A program made the position numbers and the translations under genes. This document shows, piece after piece, positions 16,544-23,360 of a stretch of DNA of 25,695 nt. Positions within the stretch are counted from its first letter, which is position 1. Every line of letters starts with the position of its first letter. The notes under the pieces were generated by a model that was not told where the DNA came from, made no database searches, and worked only from the letters and a program-made list of their open reading frames with translations. The DNA comes from an uncultured virus (IMG/VR IMGVR_UViG_3300024352_000021) (lineage: Duplodnaviria; Heunggongvirae; Uroviricota; Caudoviricetes): IMG/VR virus record IMGVR_UViG_3300024352_000021; one strand, given 5' to 3'.

Positions 16544-18366
16544 TTGGCCTCTTGCCAGCTATCTCCGACCTTAGCTTCAGCAAGCGGCGGAATGTCACCC
16601 AACCAACGAGCCTCAGCTTCCTCCATCACTGTTTGCAGCTGGAGCGCCCAGGTATCTGCGTGTTCTTCTCTGACGAGCAGGATGATTTCGTCATGCACCA
16701 CGCCGGCCAAACGCACCACGTCCTCCCGGTCTGATTTAAGGAGCGGCCACAGCTTGCCGAGCGTAAGTTTGAGGACTGCTGCACCAGCTCCTTGGATTGG
16801 TGTGTTACAGCGCGTGGTGAGTTTGTTGTGCTCGCCCGGTAGAAACCGCCGCAAGCCCGAGATGCGTATGCGGATAGATGGATTGTCCTTAGCCGCATCA
16901 GCAGCTGCAGCATTTTTGCGCTGCCATGCGGAGATGCCTTTATATGCAGCGTGGAACTTTTGCCGCACTTCCGCAGCCTCATCAATATCCATCTGGATTC
17001 CGGTCGCCGCCGCATAGTTTCTGAGTCCTTTTGCCCCACTTCCATACAGCAATCCGAAGTTTGCGGACTTTGCGATCTGACGCTGCTCCTTTGTAACTTC
17101 ATCCGGCTCCACCCCATAAATCTGCACCGCCGTCATCGTATGGAGATCTTCCCCACGCTGAAACACCTCGGTCATTAAAGGATCCTGTGCTTCCGCCGCC
17201 GCCAGCCGCAACTCCATCTGACCATAATCCGCAACAACCAGTTTCCAACCAGCTGGAGCCTGAACCGCCAAGCGAAACCGTGGATCACGCGGAATCTGCT
17301 GGAGGTTTGGCGAAATACATGACATACGCCCAGTGTCAGCCCCAAGCTGCAAATAACTGGCACGAATAAACCCATCAAACGAGTAATTCTTTAACAAAGT
17401 CTCCGCCATCTGCCGACGCTTCTCTACTTTCTTCCACCGCAAATAATCCGCCACAACTTTGTGATCACCCACATATTCCTGGAGCGCAGAACGACTAGCG
17501 CTGGGCTTGTTGTTCTTCATATCCATAGGCGGCTCACCTAGCAAAGCGGTGAACTTTTTTAGCAACTGCGCCGGACTGTTGAGGTTGAATACGTTCGGAT
17601 CTGGCTTCTTACCTTTCGGCCCCGGCTTTGTCTGGTACAACAACTTCCCATCTAACCCACGGTGGAGCTTGTGTTCTGGCGGAAGCGCCGCATCAAAGTC
17701 CTCAATAAATTTCTCACCGACTTCCACGTTTTCAATGTCTAGATCTTCAATCAGCTGCTCCAGCATTTTCTTGTCGAACGGCAGACCTGTGCGCCACAGC
17801 TGCGCCATTGCGGGAAGCGCTTTACACTCAAGCTCCCACGCTGGCATCAACGCACCAATTGCCATCCGCTTGGTGATCGGCTCCCACAGCTGGGTCAACA
17901 CCACCACATCCTTAGCTGCATATTCGATCTGCTCTACGCGCAAATCAGCCGACCAATCGCTCTTCTGCTCTTCCTTGGAAATGTCTTGGCCTAGGTAACG
18001 GTGAACGACGTGCTGGAGCCCATGCTTCAAATTCGGCAACCCGTTCGTCAGGATCCGACTGGCCAGCATCGAGCAGTAAATCTTGCCCTCGGGGTAAATC
18101 TCGTGTTCCTGCAACCACCCGAGATCAAACACAGCATTGTGCGCCAGCCACTGCCTTGGAACAGTGCAAAACTCTTCGAGCGTGATCCAGTCCTCATCGC
18201 TGAAGCTCCAGCAGTCAAGAACCACGGGATCCTTCCCAAAAGTGGCCAACTGCAAAAGACGAAGGCCACCGAACTTCGGCTGAAGCCCGGTGGTCTCAAC
18301 GTCAAACGCGACGAAACTTGCGTCATCGAGCGTGGAGAGGTGCTCGATGCCTTGGAGGATTGTCAT
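16540..18366 (-). CDS. polA: DNA polymerase family A with 3'-5' exonuclease
   Basis: ExoI FDVETTG, ExoII HNAVFD, ExoIII YAAKD. TGRMSC.SPNLQQIP, motif A ADYGQMELR, motif B RQIAKSANFGLLYG, motif C VHDEI. No 5'-3' exonuclease domain. Confidence 0.96.
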   Translation of the reverse strand: MTILQGIEHLSTLDDASFVAFDVETTGLQPKFGGLRLLQLATFGKDPVVLDCWSFSDEDWITLEEFCTVPRQWLAHNAVFDLGWLQEHEIYPEGKIYCSMLASRILTNGLPNLKHGLQHVVHRYLGQDISKEEQKSDWSADLRVEQIEYAAKDVVVLTQLWEPITKRMAIGALMPAWELECKALPAMAQLWRTGLPFDKKMLEQLIEDLDIENVEVGEKFIEDFDAALPPEHKLHRGLDGKLLYQTKPGPKGKKPDPNVFNLNSPAQLLKKFTALLGEPPMDMKNNKPSASRSALQEYVGDHKVVADYLRWKKVEKRRQMAETLLKNYSFDGFIRASYLQLGADTGRMSCISPNLQQIPRDPRFRLAVQAPAGWKLVVADYGQMELRLAAAEAQDPLMTEVFQRGEDLHTMTAVQIYGVEPDEVTKEQRQIAKSANFGLLYGSGAKGLRNYAAATGIQMDIDEAAEVRQKFHAAYKGISAWQRKNAAAADAAKDNPSIRIRISGLRRFLPGEHNKLTTRCNTPIQGAGAAVLKLTLGKLWPLLKSDREDVVRLAGVVHDEIILLVREEHADTWALQLQTVMEEAEARWLGDIPPLAEAKVGDSWQEAK

Positions 18367-18388
18367 GCCTGGTAGGGCGTTTACCCTA

Positions 18389-18664
18389 CTACTCTAGCAG
18401 GCCGTCAACCTCCCTGGCAGAACAGAGCACCGCCGCCGCGAGTGTCCCACCCTCGGGAAACCCGAGCAGGCATTTACGCCCCCAATGTATGCAGCATTTG
18501 CATGGGCCACCATCCGCTTGGGGCTTGTAGCTCAGCCGCAGCCGCTCCATCTTTTCCTCCTGCCTCCCCGCAGGACTGGTGCGATAACACTTCATGCACA
18601 AAATAGGATTTGTTGTCGGCGTCCCACAGCCCTGGCACGCCCTGCTGTTAATGGAAATTGCCAT
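18389..18664 (-). CDS. Cys-rich (metal-binding) protein
   Basis: CQGC...CMKC finger plus C-terminal CKCCIHW...CLLGFPE...CS domain. TGATG-coupled start. Confidence 0.7.
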   Translation of the reverse strand: MAISINSRACQGCGTPTTNPILCMKCYRTSPAGRQEEKMERLRLSYKPQADGGPCKCCIHWGRKCLLGFPEGGTLAAAVLCSAREVDGLLE

Positions 18665-19164
18665 CACCCTTCAAGTTCAAAAAACGAGCACTCATCAGCA
18701 AACACCCCACCAGCCTCGGGAACCCCAAGGCTGCACTGCTTTTGCCACCAATGCACACAATCACGGCAATTACTTTTTGCAGCCTTAGGTAATGCAGTGG
18801 TAATGCGTTGAGATTTAACGCCGCCCCTACGAGGAATTTCAGGCCACAAATCCTTGTAAGCATGACCTGTCCTGACCTGACTAACGGACTGGTGCGTCAC
18901 ACCAAACAGCTCGGCCAGTTCCGTTCCAGGGCGCGGATCTGTCAGGATCAGCTTGACCTCCTCCGGCGTAAACCGCTTGAGATTAAGCACCTTGTGATCT
19001 GACATTGAGGAAGGCGTAACTTCCTTCTTTAGTTTCCTGTCGTAGTAGACATTCCACTTATACCCGCAGCACTTGCACTGCAGGCGGTACGACCGAATGG
19101 TCGAACCGTTTTTCCAGTTGTAGCTGTCAACAATTTTGCGAAAAGTGTGCGAGCAATAGTCCAC
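18664..19164 (-). CDS. Zn-ribbon + HTH + Cys-rich domain protein
   Basis: CSH...CKCCG ribbon, FTPEEV..IL...GTELAELFGVTHQSVSQVRTG HTH, and CRDCVHW...CSLGVPE...CS domain. Confidence 0.7.
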   Translation of the reverse strand: MDYCSHTFRKIVDSYNWKNGSTIRSYRLQCKCCGYKWNVYYDRKLKKEVTPSSMSDHKVLNLKRFTPEEVKLILTDPRPGTELAELFGVTHQSVSQVRTGHAYKDLWPEIPRRGGVKSQRITTALPKAAKSNCRDCVHWWQKQCSLGVPEAGGVFADECSFFELEG

Positions 19165-19172
19165 TGGAACAA

Positions 19173-19415
19173 TCAGTCGTTTCTGTAGGGTTCAGTAGCA
19201 AGAGTGTTAATTAGCCGATTTAAGTACCACCGGGCCTTACAAAAATCCTCATAAGGATCTTTCTTCAGCCACGCCCGACTGACGTATTTGATGACCTGCC
19301 AATGCAGCCCACCAACAACAGCATCTGGGGCGCCTTTTACCCAATCCTCAATCACGTCGATAACCTCAACGCGCCCAGCCGTGTAATGACTGGGCTGATT
19401 TACTGGATCACTCAT
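19173..19415 (-). CDS. DUF3310 (SaV-like) protein; true start ATG 19415
   Basis: DPVNQPSHY..G.VEVIDVI...IKY.SRA..K....ED..KA.WYL signature. ATGA overlap with the dcd stop. Confidence 0.85.
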   Translation of the reverse strand: MSDPVNQPSHYTAGRVEVIDVIEDWVKGAPDAVVGGLHWQVIKYVSRAWLKKDPYEDFCKARWYLNRLINTLATEPYRND

Positions 19416-19921
19416 CCTTTGGAAGCCTGAACAGCAGTGTCGCCGTGATAACGGCCAGTAAGCGAATAGCTCTTGCCAGGAAGCATCGACATCTTGTGGA
19501 AGACAATCTGCGCGATCCTCATCCCAGGCCACAACGGCACAGCGTGCATGGATCTAGCGTTCTGCAATTCCAGCGTTAATCGCCCCGCAAAACCTGGATC
19601 TATGTACCCGGCCAGAAGATGCTCAATCCCCTCCCTGGCACGAGACGACTTAAGAGCGAGCTGCCCAGCAACACAATCAGGCAGCTTGAACTGCTCCATC
19701 GTTTCCGAAAGTATGAATTCATGGGGCTGAAGCATGAAAGGTTTTTCCTTCGTATGCCCAGCAATAGAGTACGGAACCAGGTTAGACGTTGTGGGCAGTT
19801 CGACTAAAAGGTTTTCACCTAGTCGAACATCTAACGATGCAGGGTTAATTAGTTCTGCCTGAAACGGCGTTACTAAACCTCTGCGTGCCAAGTTGTGGAT
19901 CTCATGATCGCATAAAACCAT
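19412..19921 (-). CDS. dcd: dCTP deaminase
   Basis: INPASLDVRLG, KSSRAREG, AGYIDPGF.G.LTLEL, GMRIAQIVF and GRYHG motifs. Confidence 0.92.
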   Translation of the reverse strand: MVLCDHEIHNLARRGLVTPFQAELINPASLDVRLGENLLVELPTTSNLVPYSIAGHTKEKPFMLQPHEFILSETMEQFKLPDCVAGQLALKSSRAREGIEHLLAGYIDPGFAGRLTLELQNARSMHAVPLWPGMRIAQIVFHKMSMLPGKSYSLTGRYHGDTAVQASKG

Positions 19922-20376
19922 TAGACATGCCCCCAGCTAAAACCAGATACGGCCTTACCTAAAGTGCCCTTACGTACACCTAGGTCTTTGGCCATATTGG
20001 ATAAAGAACAACCGTTACGTTTACCAGGCGCGTAAAGCGCCCTGGCACAAATAACCTGCTCTTCCGTAAGTTTTGCTTGATTATTACGCGAGCCAGGCTT
20101 TGCTTGCTCTTTTGTTGTTTGCCAAGCGCAATTACCTGGCTCGTAATTGCCTATGTCGCCGATGCGCCCCAAAGTAGTGCCTGTGGGACGTTCGCCCATA
20201 TCCGCAAGAAAGTTCTCAAATGAGTCCCATCTTGGACACACACGAACGCCCGCACCACCGTAATTGTGATAACCAGTAACTCCGGGCTTTTGACACCGCT
20301 GGCGCATCGCAACCCACGACTTGTACGTCGGTGACTGACCAGCGCTCGTAGCGTGACCGTGCTGCAGTATGCCCAT
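19921..20376 (-). CDS. HNH-type homing endonuclease (possibly degenerate) with C-terminal HTH
   Basis: Y.SW..MRQRC...Y.NYGG.GV.VC.RW.SFENFLADMGERP.G.TL.RI...GNYEPGNC.W.T motif and AKLTEEQV...W.HV tail. Confidence 0.85.
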   Translation of the reverse strand: MGILQHGHATSAGQSPTYKSWVAMRQRCQKPGVTGYHNYGGAGVRVCPRWDSFENFLADMGERPTGTTLGRIGDIGNYEPGNCAWQTTKEQAKPGSRNNQAKLTEEQVICARALYAPGKRNGCSLSNMAKDLGVRKGTLGKAVSGFSWGHV

Positions 20377-20786
20377 CAGTCAGCCACCACAACAGGTGCG
20401 GGCTGCTGAACCTGAACGTGTTTCCACGTCTTGTTCCACTTAATGCAATTGATGGTGGTGGAGTGAACGCCAAACTCCCGCGCAATCTTGGCCACCGACT
20501 TACCACCAGCAGCCAACTGGCGCTTGATCTCCAGCACTTTGTTCTCGGTCAACACCGCGTGCCCACGCTTGCCCTTGCGGCTGGACTTACGAGTCTTACT
20601 TTGAGACTGCGGCTTGCGTACGTCAGATGTACGTACAAGCTTTTCACCAGCTGGCAGAGGAATGGTCTGTTTGGGCTTAGTCAGATCCAGCTGAACGTGT
20701 TGGGACGTTTCCAGTGCAAACCGCGCTGCTTCAAGTGCTTTGGAGATTTGATCGAACTGGGATTCAGAGAGGACGTACATGCTCAT
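20376..20786 (-). CDS. HTH DNA-binding protein (start 20786 or 20780)
   Basis: C-terminal AVLTENKVLEIK...SVAKIAREFGVHSTTINCIKWNKTWKHV with a basic linker. Confidence 0.75.
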   Translation of the reverse strand: MSMYVLSESQFDQISKALEAARFALETSQHVQLDLTKPKQTIPLPAGEKLVRTSDVRKPQSQSKTRKSSRKGKRGHAVLTENKVLEIKRQLAAGGKSVAKIAREFGVHSTTINCIKWNKTWKHVQVQQPAPVVVAD

Positions 20787-20819
20787 GAGTAAGAACGGGT
20801 GCAGTGTAGTAGGGAATGG

Positions 20820-21077
20820 TCAGTTTTGAAGCTCTAGTTTGATAGCGGCTTGGAAATAACCAGCCACCTTGAGGCGGCGGTAGACCGAGCCGCCTTCCTC
20901 GCTTTGCTTGTTCTCGACCGCCTCGTAGTCGCGGCGAGCCTCCTCCAGTGAGGCCATTGTCTCAATGTTGAGCATGTTTAATTCGCTGTCGGACAACTCC
21001 GAGAGCTTGTCCAGGTAGACCATCTTCCCCCCCAACAGGTAGGAGCGGTAGAAGGGCACCATTGAGTTTTCAGTCAT
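20820..21077 (-). CDS. Hypothetical protein (85 aa from MTENSM)
   Basis: Helical ORF with phage codon usage. ATG at 21077 avoids overlap with the upstream gene. Confidence 0.65.
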   Translation of the reverse strand: MTENSMVPFYRSYLLGGKMVYLDKLSELSDSELNMLNIETMASLEEARRDYEAVENKQSEEGGSVYRRLKVAGYFQAAIKLELQN

Positions 21078-21094
21078 TCGGGATTGGATCAAGT

Positions 21095-21280
21095 TCAGTC
21101 GAAGTAGGCACGGCGGCGCTCTTCGACCCAAGCATCGTACTCAGCAGGATCAGCAAACCTGTGCTTGAACACGTCCGGCACCTGTGTTGATGGCTTGCGT
21201 GGAGCACTGCGCAGCTCGCGCAAGTCGTTGTCGTTGTAGCCCCGCGATTGGCGGTAGTAGTCGGCGTACCAGTCAGTCAT
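21095..21280 (-). CDS. Hypothetical protein
   Basis: 61 aa, ATGA-coupled. Confidence 0.7.
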   Translation of the reverse strand: MTDWYADYYRQSRGYNDNDLRELRSAPRKPSTQVPDVFKHRFADPAEYDAWVEERRRAYFD

Positions 21281-21534
21281 GCGAAGTAGTTGGGATCTTG
21301 CTGGCGTATCCGGGTGAGATCCGTGAGTCTCAACTTGAGAATCTCGTGGATCGCCAGCTGTGCAAGTCGAGTGGAGCTGATGGTGTCGCTGGTGGCGAAC
21401 ACGTAAATCAGGTGGCGATAAAGCTGGGTCAAGGTGCGAACCCGGACCCAGTGCGTGTCGCCGGGGATCGGCTCCATGGCATAAAGCCAGTCGTCGTAAT
21501 CCTCTGCGTTGCGAAGCTCGCGGGCCTCAGTCGT
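21277..21534 (-). CDS. Hypothetical protein, start uncertain (possible ACG at 21534)
   Basis: Coding-like from TEARELRNAEDYDDWLYAMEPIPG onward. See findings. Confidence 0.55.
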   Translation of the reverse strand, partial: TTEARELRNAEDYDDWLYAMEPIPGDTHWVRVRTLTQLYRHLIYVFATSDTISSTRLAQLAIHEILKLRLTDLTRIRQQDPNYFA

Positions 21535-21784
21535 TCCAATCAGACGTGTCGATTGGAGCCCAGTCGTCGACCCGATCTGTGAGCATGGCCCGGAGTTCGG
21601 CATCGGTCGCTGGAATTAAGTCTTCATCTGAAAAGTAGAGGGTGCCTCGGCACAGGGCAGGCCCCCACTCGGCTGGGTAGAGGTGGCTTTGCGGAATGAC
21701 CACAACCATCTCGTCAACAACGGCATCGACAACAAGATGGTCACCTTCAAAGCGCAGCTCTTCAATGTCAAGTACCTGGCTCAC
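21527..21784 (-). CDS. Hypothetical acidic protein
   Basis: 85 aa, GTGA-coupled. V.AVVDEM.V..PQS..YPAEWGPALC motif. Confidence 0.7.
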   Translation of the reverse strand: MSQVLDIEELRFEGDHLVVDAVVDEMVVVIPQSHLYPAEWGPALCRGTLYFSDEDLIPATDAELRAMLTDRVDDWAPIDTSDWND

Positions 21785-22023
21785 TGGACCTCCTGTACAG
21801 CTTGGCTGGTGCTGAGGGCTTCCATACGCTCGTCCCAGGTCATTTTCAAAAACTGTTCTAGGTCCAGCAGACGCTCCAGCTGAGATTCGTCGTAGCTGGT
21901 GCTGAAGCCCCAGTCTTTGTACTGCCGGATCTTCTGCTCAAGCATGAAACGAGCCCAGCTAACGGCGAAATACCAAGGGCTGAGCTTGGAGCGGTCGAAG
22001 TGAATTTGAAGTGGATCGTCCAT
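21781..22023 (-). CDS. Hypothetical protein, first gene after the intergenic regulatory region
   Basis: 80 aa, preceded by an A/T-rich leader (ATTACTGATTAACAATG). Confidence 0.7.
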   Translation of the reverse strand: MDDPLQIHFDRSKLSPWYFAVSWARFMLEQKIRQYKDWGFSTSYDESQLERLLDLEQFLKMTWDERMEALSTSQAVQEVQ

Positions 22024-22039
22024 TGTTAATCAGTAATAG

Positions 22040-22096
22040 AGGGCCAGCCGGGGCGGGCTTGCCCTTAGTGTTACACAACAGAAGCCCGGTAGCAAG
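22040..22096 (-). promoter_or_regulatory. Putative sigma70-type promoter with 5' leader hairpin
   Basis: Minus strand: TTGCTA-N17-AACACT with TG upstream of the -10, then hairpin AGGGC-A-AGCC / GGCT-G-GCCCT (22040-22065). Confidence 0.45.
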
Positions 22097-22103
22097 CCGG
22101 GCT
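22074..22103 (-). terminator. Terminator-like hairpin downstream of the structured element
   Basis: AGCCCGG / CCGGGCT perfect 7-bp stem (22083-22103), followed on the minus strand by TCTGTTGTG (weak U-tract). Confidence 0.5.
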
Positions 22104-22125
22104 GTCGCATTTCGTTACAACCGTA

Positions 22126-22250
22126 TGGGAGGACTGGTGCTGGCTAGGGTTATCGCCTTGTTTCCTTTTGGTCTCAAGGCGTCCGCTGTGCCCGGCAGCG
22201 GTGAGGCTGGCACCTCGTGCGGACCAGTCACCGGGCACCCCTATTAGCGA
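22126..22250 (-). ncRNA. Candidate structured (pseudoknotted) non-coding RNA
   Basis: At least five complementary segment pairs of 5-8 bp in ~115 nt of intergenic sequence (details in findings). Strand inferred from flanking genes. Confidence 0.55.
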
Positions 22251-22256
22251 AGGTGA

Positions 22257-22493
22257 CTACTGGGTTTCAAGTTCAATAGCAATGGCCAGAAGTTCGGCTC
22301 GTATTGCTGATGCACTTACATCACAGCAAGAATCATACGGAAGACGTGGTGCTGGAACCACCTGATCTGCAGCGGCCCGCAGGGCGGCAGCAGCAATCCA
22401 GCGAGATTCATTGAGGTAGTCGTCAGGATCATAACATTGAGCGTCGTTGGCAGCATCCAGTACCGCCTGCGCGGCGGGGGAGAGATTAGTCAT
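22257..22493 (-). CDS. Array family A protein (LSPAAQAVLDA...AAALRAAA...LLAIA.ELE)
   Basis: 78 aa from MTNLSP. Start overlaps the upstream stop (ATGACTAA). Confidence 0.75.
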   Translation of the reverse strand: MTNLSPAAQAVLDAANDAQCYDPDDYLNESRWIAAAALRAAADQVVPAPRLPYDSCCDVSASAIRAELLAIAIELETQ

Positions 22494-22656
22494 CGTTTTC
22501 TCCAAATGTAAAGTACTCATCAATCTCATTCATCACTCGTTGAGTGAATCGCTCAACAAGCCAATCTTCATTTGCAGTTAGGTCTTCATTGATGATACCT
22601 CCAAGGATTCCACGTTGAACGCATTCTTCAAGAAGTCGAGCGGTGTTTACTTTCAT
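22486..22656 (-). CDS. Array singleton protein (MKVNTARLL..., 56 aa)
   Basis: ATGA overlap at 22653-22656, ends ...ENDD*. More AT-rich than its neighbours. Confidence 0.65.
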   Translation of the reverse strand: MKVNTARLLEECVQRGILGGIINEDLTANEDWLVERFTQRVMNEIDEYFTFGENDD

Positions 22657-22856
22657 CGCTGGGTCTCCAGTTCGGCAGCGATGGCGAGAAGGTCGTCCTC
22701 GCACAAAATGCCATCCCCGGTCGCATGACCAAAACTCAGTTGAAAAGCAGCAGCTCGCAGGGCGGCGGCGGCAATGCGGTGTAGGTCTGTGGGGTGTATG
22801 CAGTCGTCTTCAACGGCATCCAGCACCGCCTGCGCGGCGGGTGATAGGTCAGTCAT
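22653..22856 (-). CDS. Array family A protein
   Basis: 67 aa, MTDLSPAAQAVLDAVEDDCIHPTDLHRIAAAALRAAA...LLAIAAELETQR. Confidence 0.75.
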   Translation of the reverse strand: MTDLSPAAQAVLDAVEDDCIHPTDLHRIAAAALRAAAFQLSFGHATGDGILCEDDLLAIAAELETQR

Positions 22857-22857
22857 C
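22747..22857. repeat. 111-bp direct repeat, copy 1 (copy 2 at 24247-24357)
   Basis: 4 mismatches in 111 bp, last 73 bp identical. Copies are 1500 bp apart. Confidence 0.95.
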
Positions 22858-23199
22858 AAGCTGCTCCAGTGCGCGGCGGATGGTGTCGGTGATCTCTGGA
22901 ATTACAACGCCCATCTCTTCGATGGTGCTCAGCATCTGCAGAGCAATACTGTTGAGTGTTTGTGGCTTGGAGCGGCGAGCGGCGCGGAGTGATGGGATTA
23001 GCTCCGGGTGTGTCGCTAGATTTTGCCAGTGCAGCCACTCACAGCACGCCTCCAGCTCCTGGTCTGCGCCGTACTGAGCAGCCAGTTTGGCTAAGCAAAT
23101 GTCGTCACTACCAACGACTGCACCGGGACCACCGTAGATCTCGTCGGTCCACTGCTGCACCAGCTCCGGCGATGGAGCGATCGGATGCTGTTGTGTCAT
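22849..23199 (-). CDS. Array family B protein (P.ELVQQW...GADQELEACC...LRAARR...IRRALEQLDD)
   Basis: 116 aa, paralogous to 23549-23890 and 25470-25695. Confidence 0.78.
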   Translation of the reverse strand: MTQQHPIAPSPELVQQWTDEIYGGPGAVVGSDDICLAKLAAQYGADQELEACCEWLHWQNLATHPELIPSLRAARRSKPQTLNSIALQMLSTIEEMGVVIPEITDTIRRALEQLDD

Positions 23200-23360
23200 G
23201 GCTTTTTGCGGTTAAGCAGTTTGTTGAAATTAGCCTCTCGCTGCTTGTCCCATTTTTTATCACCCTGCGCCTTGCCGCGCAAAAATGATTCCTGAGACTG
23301 CCCAGGCTTTGGGCCACGAGAAGGAAGGCGTGTGATCTTCCACTCAGTCGGTTCAGCCAT
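23196..23360 (-). CDS. Array singleton basic protein (MAEPTEWKITRL..., 54 aa)
   Basis: 8-nt start/stop overlap with the upstream gene and ATGA overlap with the downstream gene. Confidence 0.65.
   Translation of the reverse strand: MAEPTEWKITRLPSRGPKPGQSQESFLRGKAQGDKKWDKQREANFNKLLNRKKP

Noticed and set aside
16540..18366. Modified-base (Z-genome, DpoZ-type) polymerase or intein/intron in polA
   Set aside because: No purZ/datZ-like or other modification genes in the window, and the ORF is continuous at normal length. A phylogeny would be needed to say more.
19173..19532. ORF-track N-terminal extensions (19532, 21131, 21603, 22529, 22704, 23390, 23646, 24892)
   Set aside because: They overlap upstream genes extensively. 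Downstream starts coincide with start/stop overlaps or family N-termini.
19412..19921. dCTP deaminase as an anti-phage nucleotide-depletion defence gene
   Set aside because: It is the trimeric Dcd/dUTPase-fold housekeeping type in a phage replication module, not the zinc-dependent CDA-fold defence enzyme.
22132..22233. tRNA gene (7-bp GACTGGT/ACCAGTC stem followed by A-CCG on the + strand)
   Set aside because: No T-loop (TTCRA), no D-loop consensus and wrong arm lengths.
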